Assembly (NCBI GenBank): GCA_964597665.1
Contig: CAZQYX010000006.1
Coordinates: 1,575-65,574 of the forward strand
Direction: 5' to 3'
DNA: 64,000 bases
Source of the DNA: an uncultured Candidatus Peribacteria bacterium
GTDB lineage: Bacteria > Patescibacteriota > Gracilibacteria > Peribacterales > Peribacteraceae
Below, in pieces: positions 9,393 to 17,706 of the stretch (positions are counted from its first letter, which is position 1; the number at the start of each line of letters is the position of its first letter). Under the pieces are notes generated by a model. The model worked only from the letters and a program-made list of their open reading frames with translations, was not told the DNA's origin and searched no databases. The position numbers and the translations under genes are program-made.

Positions 9393-10316
9393 TTATTTGC
9401 TTTTATGCGCAGGCTCTGTCTCTGGTGCATCTTCTGATGCAGCGACATCAGGCTCCACATACCGTTGTATCAGGCCTTTTTCTTCACCAAAAAAAGTGGT
9501 GACCGTATATTCAGACTTCCCGTCATATTCCACATCGTCATTCAGTTTTGATATTTTTTTTGCATCCCATGTGGAAACGCCTGATAATCCACGTAGAATT
9601 GTACCTTCGATGGTGATCTTCCCGTCTGCGCCCAACATGATCTTTCTTATGAATACCGGGAATCCTCTCGATGTCTGTTGCAACTTTTTTTCGTTCATGA
9701 TGAGAAATGTCTGTCCATCCTTATCCTCAAACTGAAGTGAAGCGAGCTTTTCTTTTCCATCAGGACCCGTGACAGGCGAATAGATGACCTCGCCTTTTTT
9801 AATTTCACCGGGTTGCCTTGTCGTCCAAACGGATTCCGGAATGACAGGCGGTGGAACTCCTGCATCGTGTTCATCAAAAACTGCATCGTCTGAGGCCATT
9901 TTTGCGTTTACGGTTTGTTTAGAGAGTTCTTCATCCTCTTTTTTCTTCTCCTCCTCTGCAATTTTCTTTTGAAGAGCTAGATGGTCATATGCTTTCTGTT
10001 TCGCTGCTTTTTCATTAGATTTTTTTACCTGATGATCGACAGCGAACCCCGCACCAACAACTGCAAGTGTCAGCGTCGCTATAAGTGCAATTCTCTCGGT
10101 TGGCGTTCGCCCAAAATATCCATAACCTTGAAACATGAGTCTTGGATCCTGCTCGTTCGCTAGGACAGTAGTAGGACGCTTCTGACTGGTTGCGACGACC
10201 TGCTGATTCTCACGAACAGGCTTCTTGCGAACAGCTGAATCATCGACGATTTGGGGCTCAGGCTTGGTGCATTCCGTATTTGTTATCGAGCCTTCAGGTT
10301 CGAATCTTTCTTTCAC
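9393..10316 (-). CDS. Hypothetical single-pass membrane protein with Lys/Glu-rich linker
   Basis: 307 aa; one TM (RIALIATLTLAVVGAGFAV); KKIAEEEKKKEDEE linker; globular C-terminal part; no recognised domain. Confidence 0.55.
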   Translation of the reverse strand: MKERFEPEGSITNTECTKPEPQIVDDSAVRKKPVRENQQVVATSQKRPTTVLANEQDPRLMFQGYGYFGRTPTERIALIATLTLAVVGAGFAVDHQVKKSNEKAAKQKAYDHLALQKKIAEEEKKKEDEELSKQTVNAKMASDDAVFDEHDAGVPPPVIPESVWTTRQPGEIKKGEVIYSPVTGPDGKEKLASLQFEDKDGQTFLIMNEKKLQQTSRGFPVFIRKIMLGADGKITIEGTILRGLSGVSTWDAKKISKLNDDVEYDGKSEYTVTTFFGEEKGLIQRYVEPDVAASEDAPETEPAHKSK

Positions 10317-10415
10317 CCTTACAGAGTATCAATAACGCAATTCAAAGCGACTATTTCGCAGACCATAGGGAAAATCTTCGCTAGCTTCTCAGGAAATATT
10401 GCAGAAGAGAACAGA

Positions 10416-11042
10416 ATGAGTACCATTGACCATATGGCATCGCTCGAAGAAGGTAACAATGCCGATGGCGAAGGAAGGAGAACTCCATTTAATAAAAATG
10501 ATAGGCGCATTGTCCAAGTTGCCGGCATCGCATTGCTCTCGTTCATGGGCGTTCTCTGTGAGAGTCGTCCTCGGGAAGCGAAAGTACACAAAGCTTCCGA
10601 GTCACAAAAGCAAGGAGACAAAAATATTTCGGAACAACTACAGACACCTGAGAATAGACTGAATAAACTTGTCTCAAAATGTGTGTCTTCTTGTAAGGGA
10701 GACGATGCTGATCTTCTCTGCGGGCCAATCTGCGAACGACCGCTGAATCCGCAAAAGATTTACAAAGCAGCTCAACAATTATCATCACCTGAAGCACGAG
10801 AGCATATGGTGCTCATTACTCAAGAACTGCAAAAAAATCCTCATCTCGCACCTCATGTTGTTCGTGCGGTACAGCATCACATCGCATCACTTTCATGGAA
10901 GGCTCGCCTTGCAAGCCTTGTGATGCCGACGAACGATCCTGTCTGGTCTGATCAAGGACAAATTCTTAAGACTGCAGAAGGATTTTTGGAGTTGCATGAA
11001 GCTAGGAAAAGAGAAAAAAATATGGTTGAGCCTCAAAAATAA
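10416..11042 (+). CDS. Hypothetical membrane-anchored protein
   Basis: Start trimmed to MSTIDHMASLEE (ATG 10416) to avoid overlap with the divergent gene; one TM (VAGIALLSFMGVL); no recognised domain. Confidence 0.5.
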   Translation: MSTIDHMASLEEGNNADGEGRRTPFNKNDRRIVQVAGIALLSFMGVLCESRPREAKVHKASESQKQGDKNISEQLQTPENRLNKLVSKCVSSCKGDDADLLCGPICERPLNPQKIYKAAQQLSSPEAREHMVLITQELQKNPHLAPHVVRAVQHHIASLSWKARLASLVMPTNDPVWSDQGQILKTAEGFLELHEARKREKNMVEPQK

Positions 11043-11052
11043 TGACAGCCTC

Positions 11053-11081
11053 TTGACTCCCAAAAATTATCACTCTACACT
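11053..11081 (+). promoter_or_regulatory. Sigma-70-type promoter of groES-groEL
   Basis: TTGACT (11053-58), 17-nt spacer, TACACT (11076-81), about 70 nt upstream of the groES ATG. Confidence 0.5.
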
Positions 11082-11093
11082 CGCGACTGCTAA
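11067..11093 (+). promoter_or_regulatory. CIRCE-like inverted repeat (possible HrcA operator) overlapping the groES promoter
   Basis: TTATCACTC-N9-GACTGCTAA versus CIRCE consensus TTAGCACTC-N9-GAGTGCTAA (one mismatch per half-site). Confidence 0.45.
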
Positions 11094-11150
11094 TTCGCTG
11101 TGCGTACTTCTGCACTCGAATCTTTTGCCATCTTTTTCCCATCCATTCCT

Positions 11151-11507
11151 ATGTCCAAAGATTCACGCAAGGTCGAAGACCTCGCAACGACGATCGAACC
11201 TCTCGGTGACCGCGTTCTCATCCATCCGCTCGAGAAAGAGCAGGTCAGCTCTTCGGGCATCGTCATCCCCGAGACGAGCAGTAAGGAGAAACCACAGGAA
11301 GGAGTGATCATCGCTCTTGGAAAGGGCGGCATCATGAATGACAAAGGCGTTCTCTGCCCAGATCCGAACAAATATCTGAAAATCGGCGACATCGTCCTCT
11401 TCGGTCGCTACGCAGGAGACGATCTGAAGGTAAAAACCAAGAGCGGAAAAGACATCGAGCTCAAGGTTCTGCACCTCGATTCTGTTCTCGGTATTGTGAA
11501 ATCCTGA
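11151..11507 (+). CDS. groES: Co-chaperonin GroES
   Basis: [45 protein letters not shown]...; directly upstream of groEL; start trimmed to ATG 11151. Confidence 0.95.
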   Translation: MSKDSRKVEDLATTIEPLGDRVLIHPLEKEQVSSSGIVIPETSSKEKPQEGVIIALGKGGIMNDKGVLCPDPNKYLKIGDIVLFGRYAGDDLKVKTKSGKDIELKVLHLDSVLGIVKS

Positions 11508-11563
11508 TCGATTCCGCAGGTCGGAGACCTGCACTACATTATTCTTCTTTCCCCTTTACGATT

Positions 11564-13204
11564 ATGTCATCCAAGATTCTCACCTTCGGCGACGATGCAC
11601 GCCACAAGATTGTTCACGGCATCAAGAAACTTGCTGACGCAGTCCGCGTCACGATGGGTCCAAACGGCAGGAATGCCCTCATCGCAAAGAGTTACGGTGC
11701 ACCGACCGTCACCAAAGACGGTGTCACGGTCGCAAAAGAAATCGAGCTTGAGGACGCTTGGGAGAACATGGGCGCACAGCTCGTAAAAGAAGCTGCAACG
11801 AAGACGAATGACGCAGCCGGAGACGGTACGACAACCGCAACCGTTCTCGCGGAAGGACTGATCAGCGAAGGATTGAAGTTCCTCACTGCAGGTGCGAATG
11901 CGATCAGCATGAAAAACGGCATCATGAAAGCGGTCGAAGCGGTTGTTGCCGATCTCGATCGTCAGAAGAAGACGATCTCAACCAAAGAGGAGTACGCCGC
12001 AGTCGCAACGATCTCAGCCCAAGACCCTCAGGTCGGTCAGATCATTTCCGAAGTGATGGAAGAAGTCGGATCGGACGGTGTCGTCACCGTCGAGGCAGGG
12101 CAGACAATGGGGCTTGAGAAGGAGTACGTCGAAGGCATGCAATTCGACTCGGGCTACATCTCTCCATACTTCGTGACAGATGCCGCTCGAATGGAAGCGA
12201 TCTACAAGAATGCGTACATTCTGATCACGGACAAGAAAATCGCATCGATTCAGGAGATTCTCCCCATCCTCGAAGCGCTCGCGCAGAAGGGAAAGAAGGA
12301 GATCGTCATCATCTCCGAGAACGTCGAAGGTGAAGCGCTCGCAACCCTCGTCGTGAACAAGATCCGCGGAACATTTTCAGCAATTGCCGTGAAAGCTCCG
12401 GCATTCGGCGACAGGCGCAAGGAAATCCTCAAAGACATCGCAATCCTCACCGGAGGACGTGTGATCAGCGAGGAAGTCGGTCTGAAGCTCGAGAATACGA
12501 AGGTCGAAGACCTCGGACAGGCAGGAAAGATCGTCATCACGAAAGACACAACACTCATCGTCGACGGTGCAGGCTCGAAGAAAGACATCGAAGCCAGAGT
12601 CAGTGAGATCAAGGCGAACATCGAGAACACGAAGAGCGACTTCGACCGCGAGAAATTGCAGGAGCGCATGGCAAAACTCTCCGGAGGTGTTGCCGTCATC
12701 AAAGTCGGTGCCGCAACTGAAGTCGAGCAGAAGGAACTCCAACACCGCGTTGAAGATGCACTCTCCGCCACACGCGCGGCTGCCGAAGAAGGCATCGTCG
12801 CAGGAGGAGGAGCTGCGCTGATCCATGCACTTCGCTCTCTCGAGAAGCTCAAGGGAATCAACGAAGACGAGCAGATCGGTATCGACATTGTCCGCATGGC
12901 ACTCCCCTATCCCCTGAAGAACATCGCAAGCAATGCAGGTCTCGAGGGCTCCGTCATCGTTGAGCATGTGAAGGGCTCGAAAGATCAGAAGATGGGATAC
13001 AACGTCGTCTCGGGCAAAGTCGAAGACCTGATCGCAATCGGCGTCATCGATCCGAAGAAAGTGACGCGTTCCGCTCTCCAAAATGCAGCCTCTGTGGCTG
13101 CCATGTTCCTCACCATCGAAGTCGCCATTGCCGATGCCCCCAAGAAGGACGCACCTGCCATGCCGCAGATGCCGGGAGGAGGTATGGGAGGGATGGATTA
13201 CTAA
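11564..13204 (+). CDS. groEL: Chaperonin GroEL
   Basis: 546 aa; [28 protein letters not shown]-terminal GGMGGMDY tail. Confidence 0.98.
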   Translation: MSSKILTFGDDARHKIVHGIKKLADAVRVTMGPNGRNALIAKSYGAPTVTKDGVTVAKEIELEDAWENMGAQLVKEAATKTNDAAGDGTTTATVLAEGLISEGLKFLTAGANAISMKNGIMKAVEAVVADLDRQKKTISTKEEYAAVATISAQDPQVGQIISEVMEEVGSDGVVTVEAGQTMGLEKEYVEGMQFDSGYISPYFVTDAARMEAIYKNAYILITDKKIASIQEILPILEALAQKGKKEIVIISENVEGEALATLVVNKIRGTFSAIAVKAPAFGDRRKEILKDIAILTGGRVISEEVGLKLENTKVEDLGQAGKIVITKDTTLIVDGAGSKKDIEARVSEIKANIENTKSDFDREKLQERMAKLSGGVAVIKVGAATEVEQKELQHRVEDALSATRAAAEEGIVAGGGAALIHALRSLEKLKGINEDEQIGIDIVRMALPYPLKNIASNAGLEGSVIVEHVKGSKDQKMGYNVVSGKVEDLIAIGVIDPKKVTRSALQNAASVAAMFLTIEVAIADAPKKDAPAMPQMPGGGMGGMDY

Positions 13205-13210
13205 AAAGTG

Positions 13211-13287
13211 TGGTACGTAGGGTAGGTTTGGTAGGTAAAGTCCTGCCAAACCTTCCCAACCTACCGAACCTACCATACTTACCCAAC
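13211..13287. repeat. Family A composite hairpin (GGTAGGT-type arm / ACCTACC-type arm), copy A1
   Basis: TGGTACGTAGGGTAGGTTTGGTAGGTAAAG, loop, CCAAACCTTCCCAACCTACCGAACCTACCATACTTACCCAAC; lies between the groEL stop and the next ATG. Confidence 0.85.
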
Positions 13288-13292
13288 ATGCC

Positions 13293-13484
13293 ATGGACAC
13301 CTCCGAAATTCAGAAGAAGTGCGAGGAATTCCTCGCCTCCACCGGCCTCCCCGGCTTCATCGTCCTCGGTTTCCAAACCGATCCCGAAAACACGCAGATG
13401 GTCTACTCGCTGAAAGATATGCCTCTCAAGGGTGTGGTGAAGGGGCTGACGCATACGTTGAATGATTTGGTGGGAAGGATATGA
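13293..13484 (+). CDS. Hypothetical 63-aa protein bracketed by two family A hairpins
   Basis: MDTSEIQKKCEEFLASTGLPGFIVLGFQTDPENTQMVYSLKDMPLKGVVKGLTHTLNDLVGRI; protein-like composition; same strand as groEL and tmk; no homology evidence. Confidence 0.45.
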   Translation: MDTSEIQKKCEEFLASTGLPGFIVLGFQTDPENTQMVYSLKDMPLKGVVKGLTHTLNDLVGRI

Positions 13485-13486
13485 CG

Positions 13487-13560
13487 AAGGTTAGGTAGGT
13501 TGGGTAAGTAGGGTAGGTTACATACCAAACCTCCCCAACCTACCGTACCTACCCAACCTT
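13487..13560. repeat. Family A composite hairpin, copy A2
   Basis: AAGGTTAGGTAGGTTGGGTAAGTAGGGTAGGTTA, CAT, ACCAAACCTCCCCAACCTACCGTACCTACCCAACCTT; outer ends AAGGTT/AACCTT pair perfectly. Confidence 0.88.
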
Positions 13561-13572
13561 TCTTTCGCTGGA

Positions 13573-14181
13573 ATGAAAACATATACTTATCCCATGTCTA
13601 AAGGTCGCTTCATCGTCCTCGAAGGCCCAGACGGCTCCGGCACAACAACACACAGCAAACTTCTTGCGGAAAGACTGAAGAAGGAAGGACAGAACGTTCT
13701 GCTGACAGCAGAACCGACTGACAGTCCGATCGGAAAATTTATTCGTGAACAACTGAAGCTGAAGACGATTCCGTCTGCATCCGCCTTGCAGCTTCTGTTC
13801 TGTGCTGATCGTGCCGCACACATCGAGACTGTCGTGAAGCCCGCACTCGAAGCCGGAAAAATCGTGATTTCGGATCGCTACGTGATTTCGACTCTCGTCT
13901 ACGGAGAAGCACTTGGACTGGATCCCGATTGGCTTCTTCGCGTAAACACGCCGTTTCTCGAACCTAACGTGATGATGATCGCCCTCCCGTCTTTTCCGGT
14001 CTGTATGGAGAGATTGAAGAAGCGAAGAAAACTCGACGTGTTTGAAAATGCCAAGTTCATGCGCAAGGTTCATGACCTCTATGATCGAGCGATTCACGAT
14101 GATCCGAGCATTCGTCATATCGATACCGAAAAATCGAAGGAAGAAGTTTCGGAGGAAGTATTTGAAGCGGCAATGAAATAA
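13573..14181 (+). CDS. tmk: Thymidylate kinase
   Basis: GRFIVLEGPDGSGTTT P-loop, DRYVIST motif, about 200 aa. Confidence 0.9.
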   Translation: MKTYTYPMSKGRFIVLEGPDGSGTTTHSKLLAERLKKEGQNVLLTAEPTDSPIGKFIREQLKLKTIPSASALQLLFCADRAAHIETVVKPALEAGKIVISDRYVISTLVYGEALGLDPDWLLRVNTPFLEPNVMMIALPSFPVCMERLKKRRKLDVFENAKFMRKVHDLYDRAIHDDPSIRHIDTEKSKEEVSEEVFEAAMK

Positions 14182-14309
14182 AAATTAGAGCGGAAATCAA
14201 GGGACGAAGTTGCTGAAGATAACGATCATGCTGCAATAAAATAATCGGATTTGATTTTTTGCAGAGCGAAGAGGATAGTTTCTTTAATATCATCCCTGAT
14301 CCAATAGTT

Positions 14310-14888
14310 ATGCAAAAACCTATCGCAGTTGTTACCGGAGTCCTCATGCTCGTCGTCGCGGGAGTTGTTGTAAACCAGCGCTTTCAGATTGCAGGGGGCG
14401 GTCCGAGTACTTCACTCCGAGGAGACATGCTTGCTCCCGCTGTTGCAACCGCATCTACTTCTCCCGCATGCACAATAGGATGTCGTTCTCCCGACTCCTG
14501 TGATGCAACAACCGTAACGAGCAATACTTGTAGTACTGGAACTAGCTGCTGCCTTGCATGCACAGGTAGAGGCGGAACGTGCGGTGATTCTCAGCAATGT
14601 TGCTCGAGAACATGTTTATCTGCTCTTACAGTCTGTGAATGTAGTACTTTTGGAGAATATTGTGCTACTAGCGCTGATTGCTGCAGTGGTAATTGCAATG
14701 CCAATACAAAAACGTGTGCTAATACATCTCTCTGCCTCCCGCACGATGCTCCTAACTGCAATGCTCCCGATGCAAAGACCTGTTGTGATGCTGCGAATGG
14801 TTGGAGTTGCAAATTTAGGACGCGCTACGCTTCGGGCGTGTCGTATAGGGAATATGCTTGTAAAGGATCTCCTCCAGTCTGGCCCTAA
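14310..14888 (+). CDS. Secreted or membrane-anchored cysteine-rich protein (24 Cys) with tandem knottin-like C-C-CC-C-C modules
   Basis: Start trimmed to MQKPIAVVTGVLMLVVAGVVV (hydrophobic N-terminus); two modules of identical spacing C-x6-C-x5-CC-x3-C-x6-C at aa 84-109 and 111-136; canonical terminator downstream. Confidence 0.7.
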   Translation: MQKPIAVVTGVLMLVVAGVVVNQRFQIAGGGPSTSLRGDMLAPAVATASTSPACTIGCRSPDSCDATTVTSNTCSTGTSCCLACTGRGGTCGDSQQCCSRTCLSALTVCECSTFGEYCATSADCCSGNCNANTKTCANTSLCLPHDAPNCNAPDAKTCCDAANGWSCKFRTRYASGVSYREYACKGSPPVWP

Positions 14889-14954
14889 TTCAAAGCCAGA
14901 TTTTCACTGCATACATTAGCTTTTTGAAGAGAGTTAGACTGGAAATTAGAAACC

Positions 14955-14980
14955 AAACCACCCACCCGGGTGGTTTTTTT
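14955..14980 (+). terminator. Rho-independent terminator after the Cys-rich gene
   Basis: AAACCACCC ACCC GGGTGGTTT followed by TTTTTT. Confidence 0.7.
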
Positions 14981-15010
14981 ATTCATGAAACAAACCGCTA
15001 TACTGGATTC

Positions 15011-15358
15011 ATGTCACCCGTTCAAATCATCTCCAAAGCTGTCAATCGCGATGTCCTAAGAGCAGTCGCAAAAGAACGTTTTGGCGATATGGTGAAAGCT
15101 GTCGTAGACATTAAGCAGGGAGTCATGGCAATCGGTGGTGAATTACATGCCGATGAGGAACAAATGCTTCTGGAACAGGGATCAAGGCAGGAAGATCTTT
15201 GGGGCATTAACCTCTATCCTGATATCCAAAATGCTGACTGGCTAGAATTCGACTCCATGATCAATCTTCGACCATCCCAGGGAAATCGTTCACGTGGAGT
15301 GGAAGATCCTGAGTTGCAGAAGCGCATCCGTTCCACAGTTTCCTCTCTTATTCTGTGA
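15011..15358 (+). CDS. DUF5674-like conserved hypothetical protein
   Basis: ERFGDMVKAVVDIKQGVMAIGGELHADEEQMLLEQGSRQEDLWGINLYPD matches my recollection of the DUF5674 family; start trimmed to ATG 15011, downstream of the terminator. Confidence 0.65.
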   Translation: MSPVQIISKAVNRDVLRAVAKERFGDMVKAVVDIKQGVMAIGGELHADEEQMLLEQGSRQEDLWGINLYPDIQNADWLEFDSMINLRPSQGNRSRGVEDPELQKRIRSTVSSLIL

Positions 15359-15684
15359 CAGCACCAATGCACACCTCATTGGCTGAGGGTCGGTGGCAAA
15401 CGTTCCCACTGGCATTACAACTTGCTCACATAGGAAGTGAGGTTTCGCGTGCCTGCAACGCAAAGAAAAATGCGAACGAAGCACGCATGGAGTCCGCATT
15501 AGAGCGCATGCTGGAGCTTCTGAATCTGACAATAGCAGACCCAAAAAATAGACTTCGCCTGCGCGAGCTTTGCAGAGCACGAGAAGTGCTCTGCGATTTT
15601 CTAGCAGGAAAAAATGAATATTGTTCAACAGACACAGCGTTGAATCGTTATTTCCTCCAGTTTGCAGTTGCTTCGAAATGCTAA
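15355..15684 (+). CDS. Hypothetical helical protein, overlaps the upstream stop (GTGA)
   Basis: 109 aa; predicted all-helical (…ALERMLELLNLTIADPKNRLRLRELCRAREVL…); GTG 15355 overlaps TGA 15356-58; alternative ATG at 15367. Confidence 0.55.
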   Translation: MTAPMHTSLAEGRWQTFPLALQLAHIGSEVSRACNAKKNANEARMESALERMLELLNLTIADPKNRLRLRELCRAREVLCDFLAGKNEYCSTDTALNRYFLQFAVASKC

Positions 15685-15712
15685 CTGAGCCGGATTGCGG
15701 TACGATAATCGT

Positions 15713-16564
15713 ATGGAAGTCCTCCTCCTCTCCGGCCGACCTGTTGCCGACGCGCTTCTTGAAAGTCTACGAAGCGATATCAAGAAACTGGATCCAAAAC
15801 TGGTCGTCGTTCAAATTGGAGAGGATCCTGCGAGTGCAAGTTACATTAAGCAGAAGCTTAAAAGCTGTGAAGCAGTCGGACTTCGGCATGAGCACAAACA
15901 TCTTTCAGAAAAGACGAGCCTCGAAGAACTCATGAACGTCATCGACGAACTCAATAGCGACATCGATGTCACAGGCTTCATTGTGCAACTGCCACTACCA
16001 AAACATCTCCAGCCGCACGTTCCAGAAGTGATTCGTGCGATCGATCCGAAGAAAGATATCGATGGATTCGGTGCCTATAACCTCGGAAAGATGTTTTTGT
16101 CTGTCGAATTTGAGCACCTGCCACCGGCAACGCCCTCAGGAGTGATCGAACTCCTGAAGTATTACAAACTTCCAATAGAATCCAAACATGCGGTGATCGT
16201 CGGACGGAGCAACATCGTCGGAAAACCTCTTGCGATTATGCTTTTGAATCGCGGTGCTACGGTGACAATTTGTCATAGCAAGACAAAGAATCTGAGCGAG
16301 ATCACGAAGCAGGCGGATATTCTCGTTGCCGCAGTCGGATCGGCGAGAATGATCACAAAAGACATGGTAAAAAAGGATGCGGTTGTCATCGATATCGGTG
16401 TATCGAGAGTCGACGGGAAGCTTTGCGGTGATGTTGATTTCGATGCAGTCGCCGAAGTCGCTTCGGCAATTACTCCCGTTCCGGGAGGAGTAGGTCCGCT
16501 GACGGTGGCGAGCTTGATAAGGAATTGCATCAACGCAAGGAAACGGCAATTAGTAGCCGCTTAA
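15713..16564 (+). CDS. folD: Bifunctional methylenetetrahydrofolate dehydrogenase/cyclohydrolase
   Basis: ASASYIKQK, VGRSNIVGKPLAIMLLNRGATVTICHSKT, PVPGGVGPLTVA; the ORF-track start 15695 is also possible. Confidence 0.93.
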   Translation: MEVLLLSGRPVADALLESLRSDIKKLDPKLVVVQIGEDPASASYIKQKLKSCEAVGLRHEHKHLSEKTSLEELMNVIDELNSDIDVTGFIVQLPLPKHLQPHVPEVIRAIDPKKDIDGFGAYNLGKMFLSVEFEHLPPATPSGVIELLKYYKLPIESKHAVIVGRSNIVGKPLAIMLLNRGATVTICHSKTKNLSEITKQADILVAAVGSARMITKDMVKKDAVVIDIGVSRVDGKLCGDVDFDAVAEVASAITPVPGGVGPLTVASLIRNCINARKRQLVAA

Positions 16565-16692
16565 CGGTCCTCATCCCCTAACCCCTTCTCCATAGGCTGG
16601 AGAAGGGGGAGCCCGTGCTTTTCTCAAAACGAAGCTTCCTCTCTCCAGCCGATGGGAGAGAGGTGGCGCATCAGCGCCGGAGTGAGGACCGT
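16564..16692. other. Cloverleaf-like structured intergenic element filling the folD/mgtE convergent spacer
   Basis: 10-bp outer stem ACGGTCCTCA (16564-73) / TGAGGACCGT (16683-92) encloses three hairpins: CCCCTTCTCC-ATAGGCT-GGAGAAGGGG (16582-16608), CCTCTCTCC-AGCCGATG-GGAGAGAGG (16638-63) and GGCGC-ATCA-GCGCC (16665-78). Confidence 0.6.
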
Positions 16693-17706
16693 CTACAACA
16701 TCCAAGTCGCAATCCCAAAATAGATCACAATACTCATCATATCCTGCAAAATCGTCGCAACGGGTCCGCTTGCATCCGCAGGATCGAGTGAAAACTTGCT
16801 GAAGAGAAGTGGAATGAGGAGTCCCGTAAAAAGAGAAGAAAGAACGGATGCCAGAAGCGAAGATCCAAGTACAAGCGCCAGATACCATGCACCGCTGAAA
16901 AAACCGTACGAAACAAAGAGTAAGAGCGAAAGAGTAATGCCGATACAAAATACAATAAGGATATTTCGCAGCAGATAGGGCTGAATCTGCAATTTCTGTT
17001 CCGTTGCAAGATCGCGAATAATGTACGTTTCCATCTGGGTTCCAACGGCGCTGCTCATGTAGACAATCAGCGGAAGGAAAGCTGCAAGAACAAGATTCTG
17101 CTCGAGCGTTTGCTCGAAAAATCCAATGACCTTCGCCATCAGCAATCCTCCGATCAACCCGAGAAAAAGCCACGGAATCCTGTGCTTGAAGGATGAAAAT
17201 AACGAGAGTGTCAGCACGTTGCTATGCAGAGCATCCGGATGACGAATACCGGCCCTCTTGAGCGAGTCCTCATGCATTTCCTTATGCAGAATCCGCAGGA
17301 TCGAGTCCGAGGTTATCTCGCCGATAAAAAATCCTTCATGATCGACAACAGGTATCGCCTTGATCCTGTGCTTTAATGCAAGGTACGCAACACGTTCCTG
17401 ATGCGTCTCTGGATGCACAAAGAAAAGTGAAGATTTCCTGCAAATGTCTCCCGCTCTGGCACTGCGTGCAGCGGCAAAGATTTCATGAATCGAGAGCACG
17501 CCGACAAGTTTTCTCTGATCATCAAGAATGTAGACGTAATTAATCGACTGTAGATTTTTGTTCTCAGTCGCAAGCATGTCATGAACCTTCAGAAGGGTAT
17601 CGGACTCATGAACAGTCGGCACCTTCGCCGTCATACAGTGACCCGCTGTATCATTGGGATACAGCAGCACCTCCGTATTAGCATGATTGTGTGAATCTGA
17701 GTGCAT
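16693..17706 (-). CDS. mgtE: Magnesium transporter MgtE, short form (CBS pair plus TM domain, no N-domain)
   Basis: CBS-pair region, TM domain with PLIVYMSSAVGTQ and DPADASGPVATILQD motifs. Start set at MHSDSHNH (17706), which is preceded by TGgTATAAT (extended -10; plus-strand 17717-17725). The ORF-track start 17748 is the alternative. Confidence 0.8.
   Translation of the reverse strand: MHSDSHNHANTEVLLYPNDTAGHCMTAKVPTVHESDTLLKVHDMLATENKNLQSINYVYILDDQRKLVGVLSIHEIFAAARSARAGDICRKSSLFFVHPETHQERVAYLALKHRIKAIPVVDHEGFFIGEITSDSILRILHKEMHEDSLKRAGIRHPDALHSNVLTLSLFSSFKHRIPWLFLGLIGGLLMAKVIGFFEQTLEQNLVLAAFLPLIVYMSSAVGTQMETYIIRDLATEQKLQIQPYLLRNILIVFCIGITLSLLLFVSYGFFSGAWYLALVLGSSLLASVLSSLFTGLLIPLLFSKFSLDPADASGPVATILQDMMSIVIYFGIATWML

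Noticed and set aside
12250-13300. Long antisense ORFs inside groEL (12377-13300 -, 12250-12897 -). Similar shadow ORFs lie inside purF (19972-21270 -), typA (19215-19817 +), gyrB (36881-37462 +), ftsK (52896-53498 -) and rpoD (60486-61271 +).
   Set aside because: These are shadow ORFs opposite highly conserved genes. Their translations are low-complexity or Arg/Ser-rich with no motifs.
13210-13413. ORFs with LPNLPNLPYLPN / GRFGRLGRFG-type repeats (13210-13413 +, 13110-13454 -). The same applies to the 40510-41067 + ORF and to the N-terminal extensions of the 51540 and 44847-46226 ORFs.
   Set aside because: They are translations of the family A hairpin arms. The repeats are inverted DNA repeats in spacers, and the conserved proteins (FtsK, MacB permease) begin at internal ATGs downstream of the hairpins.
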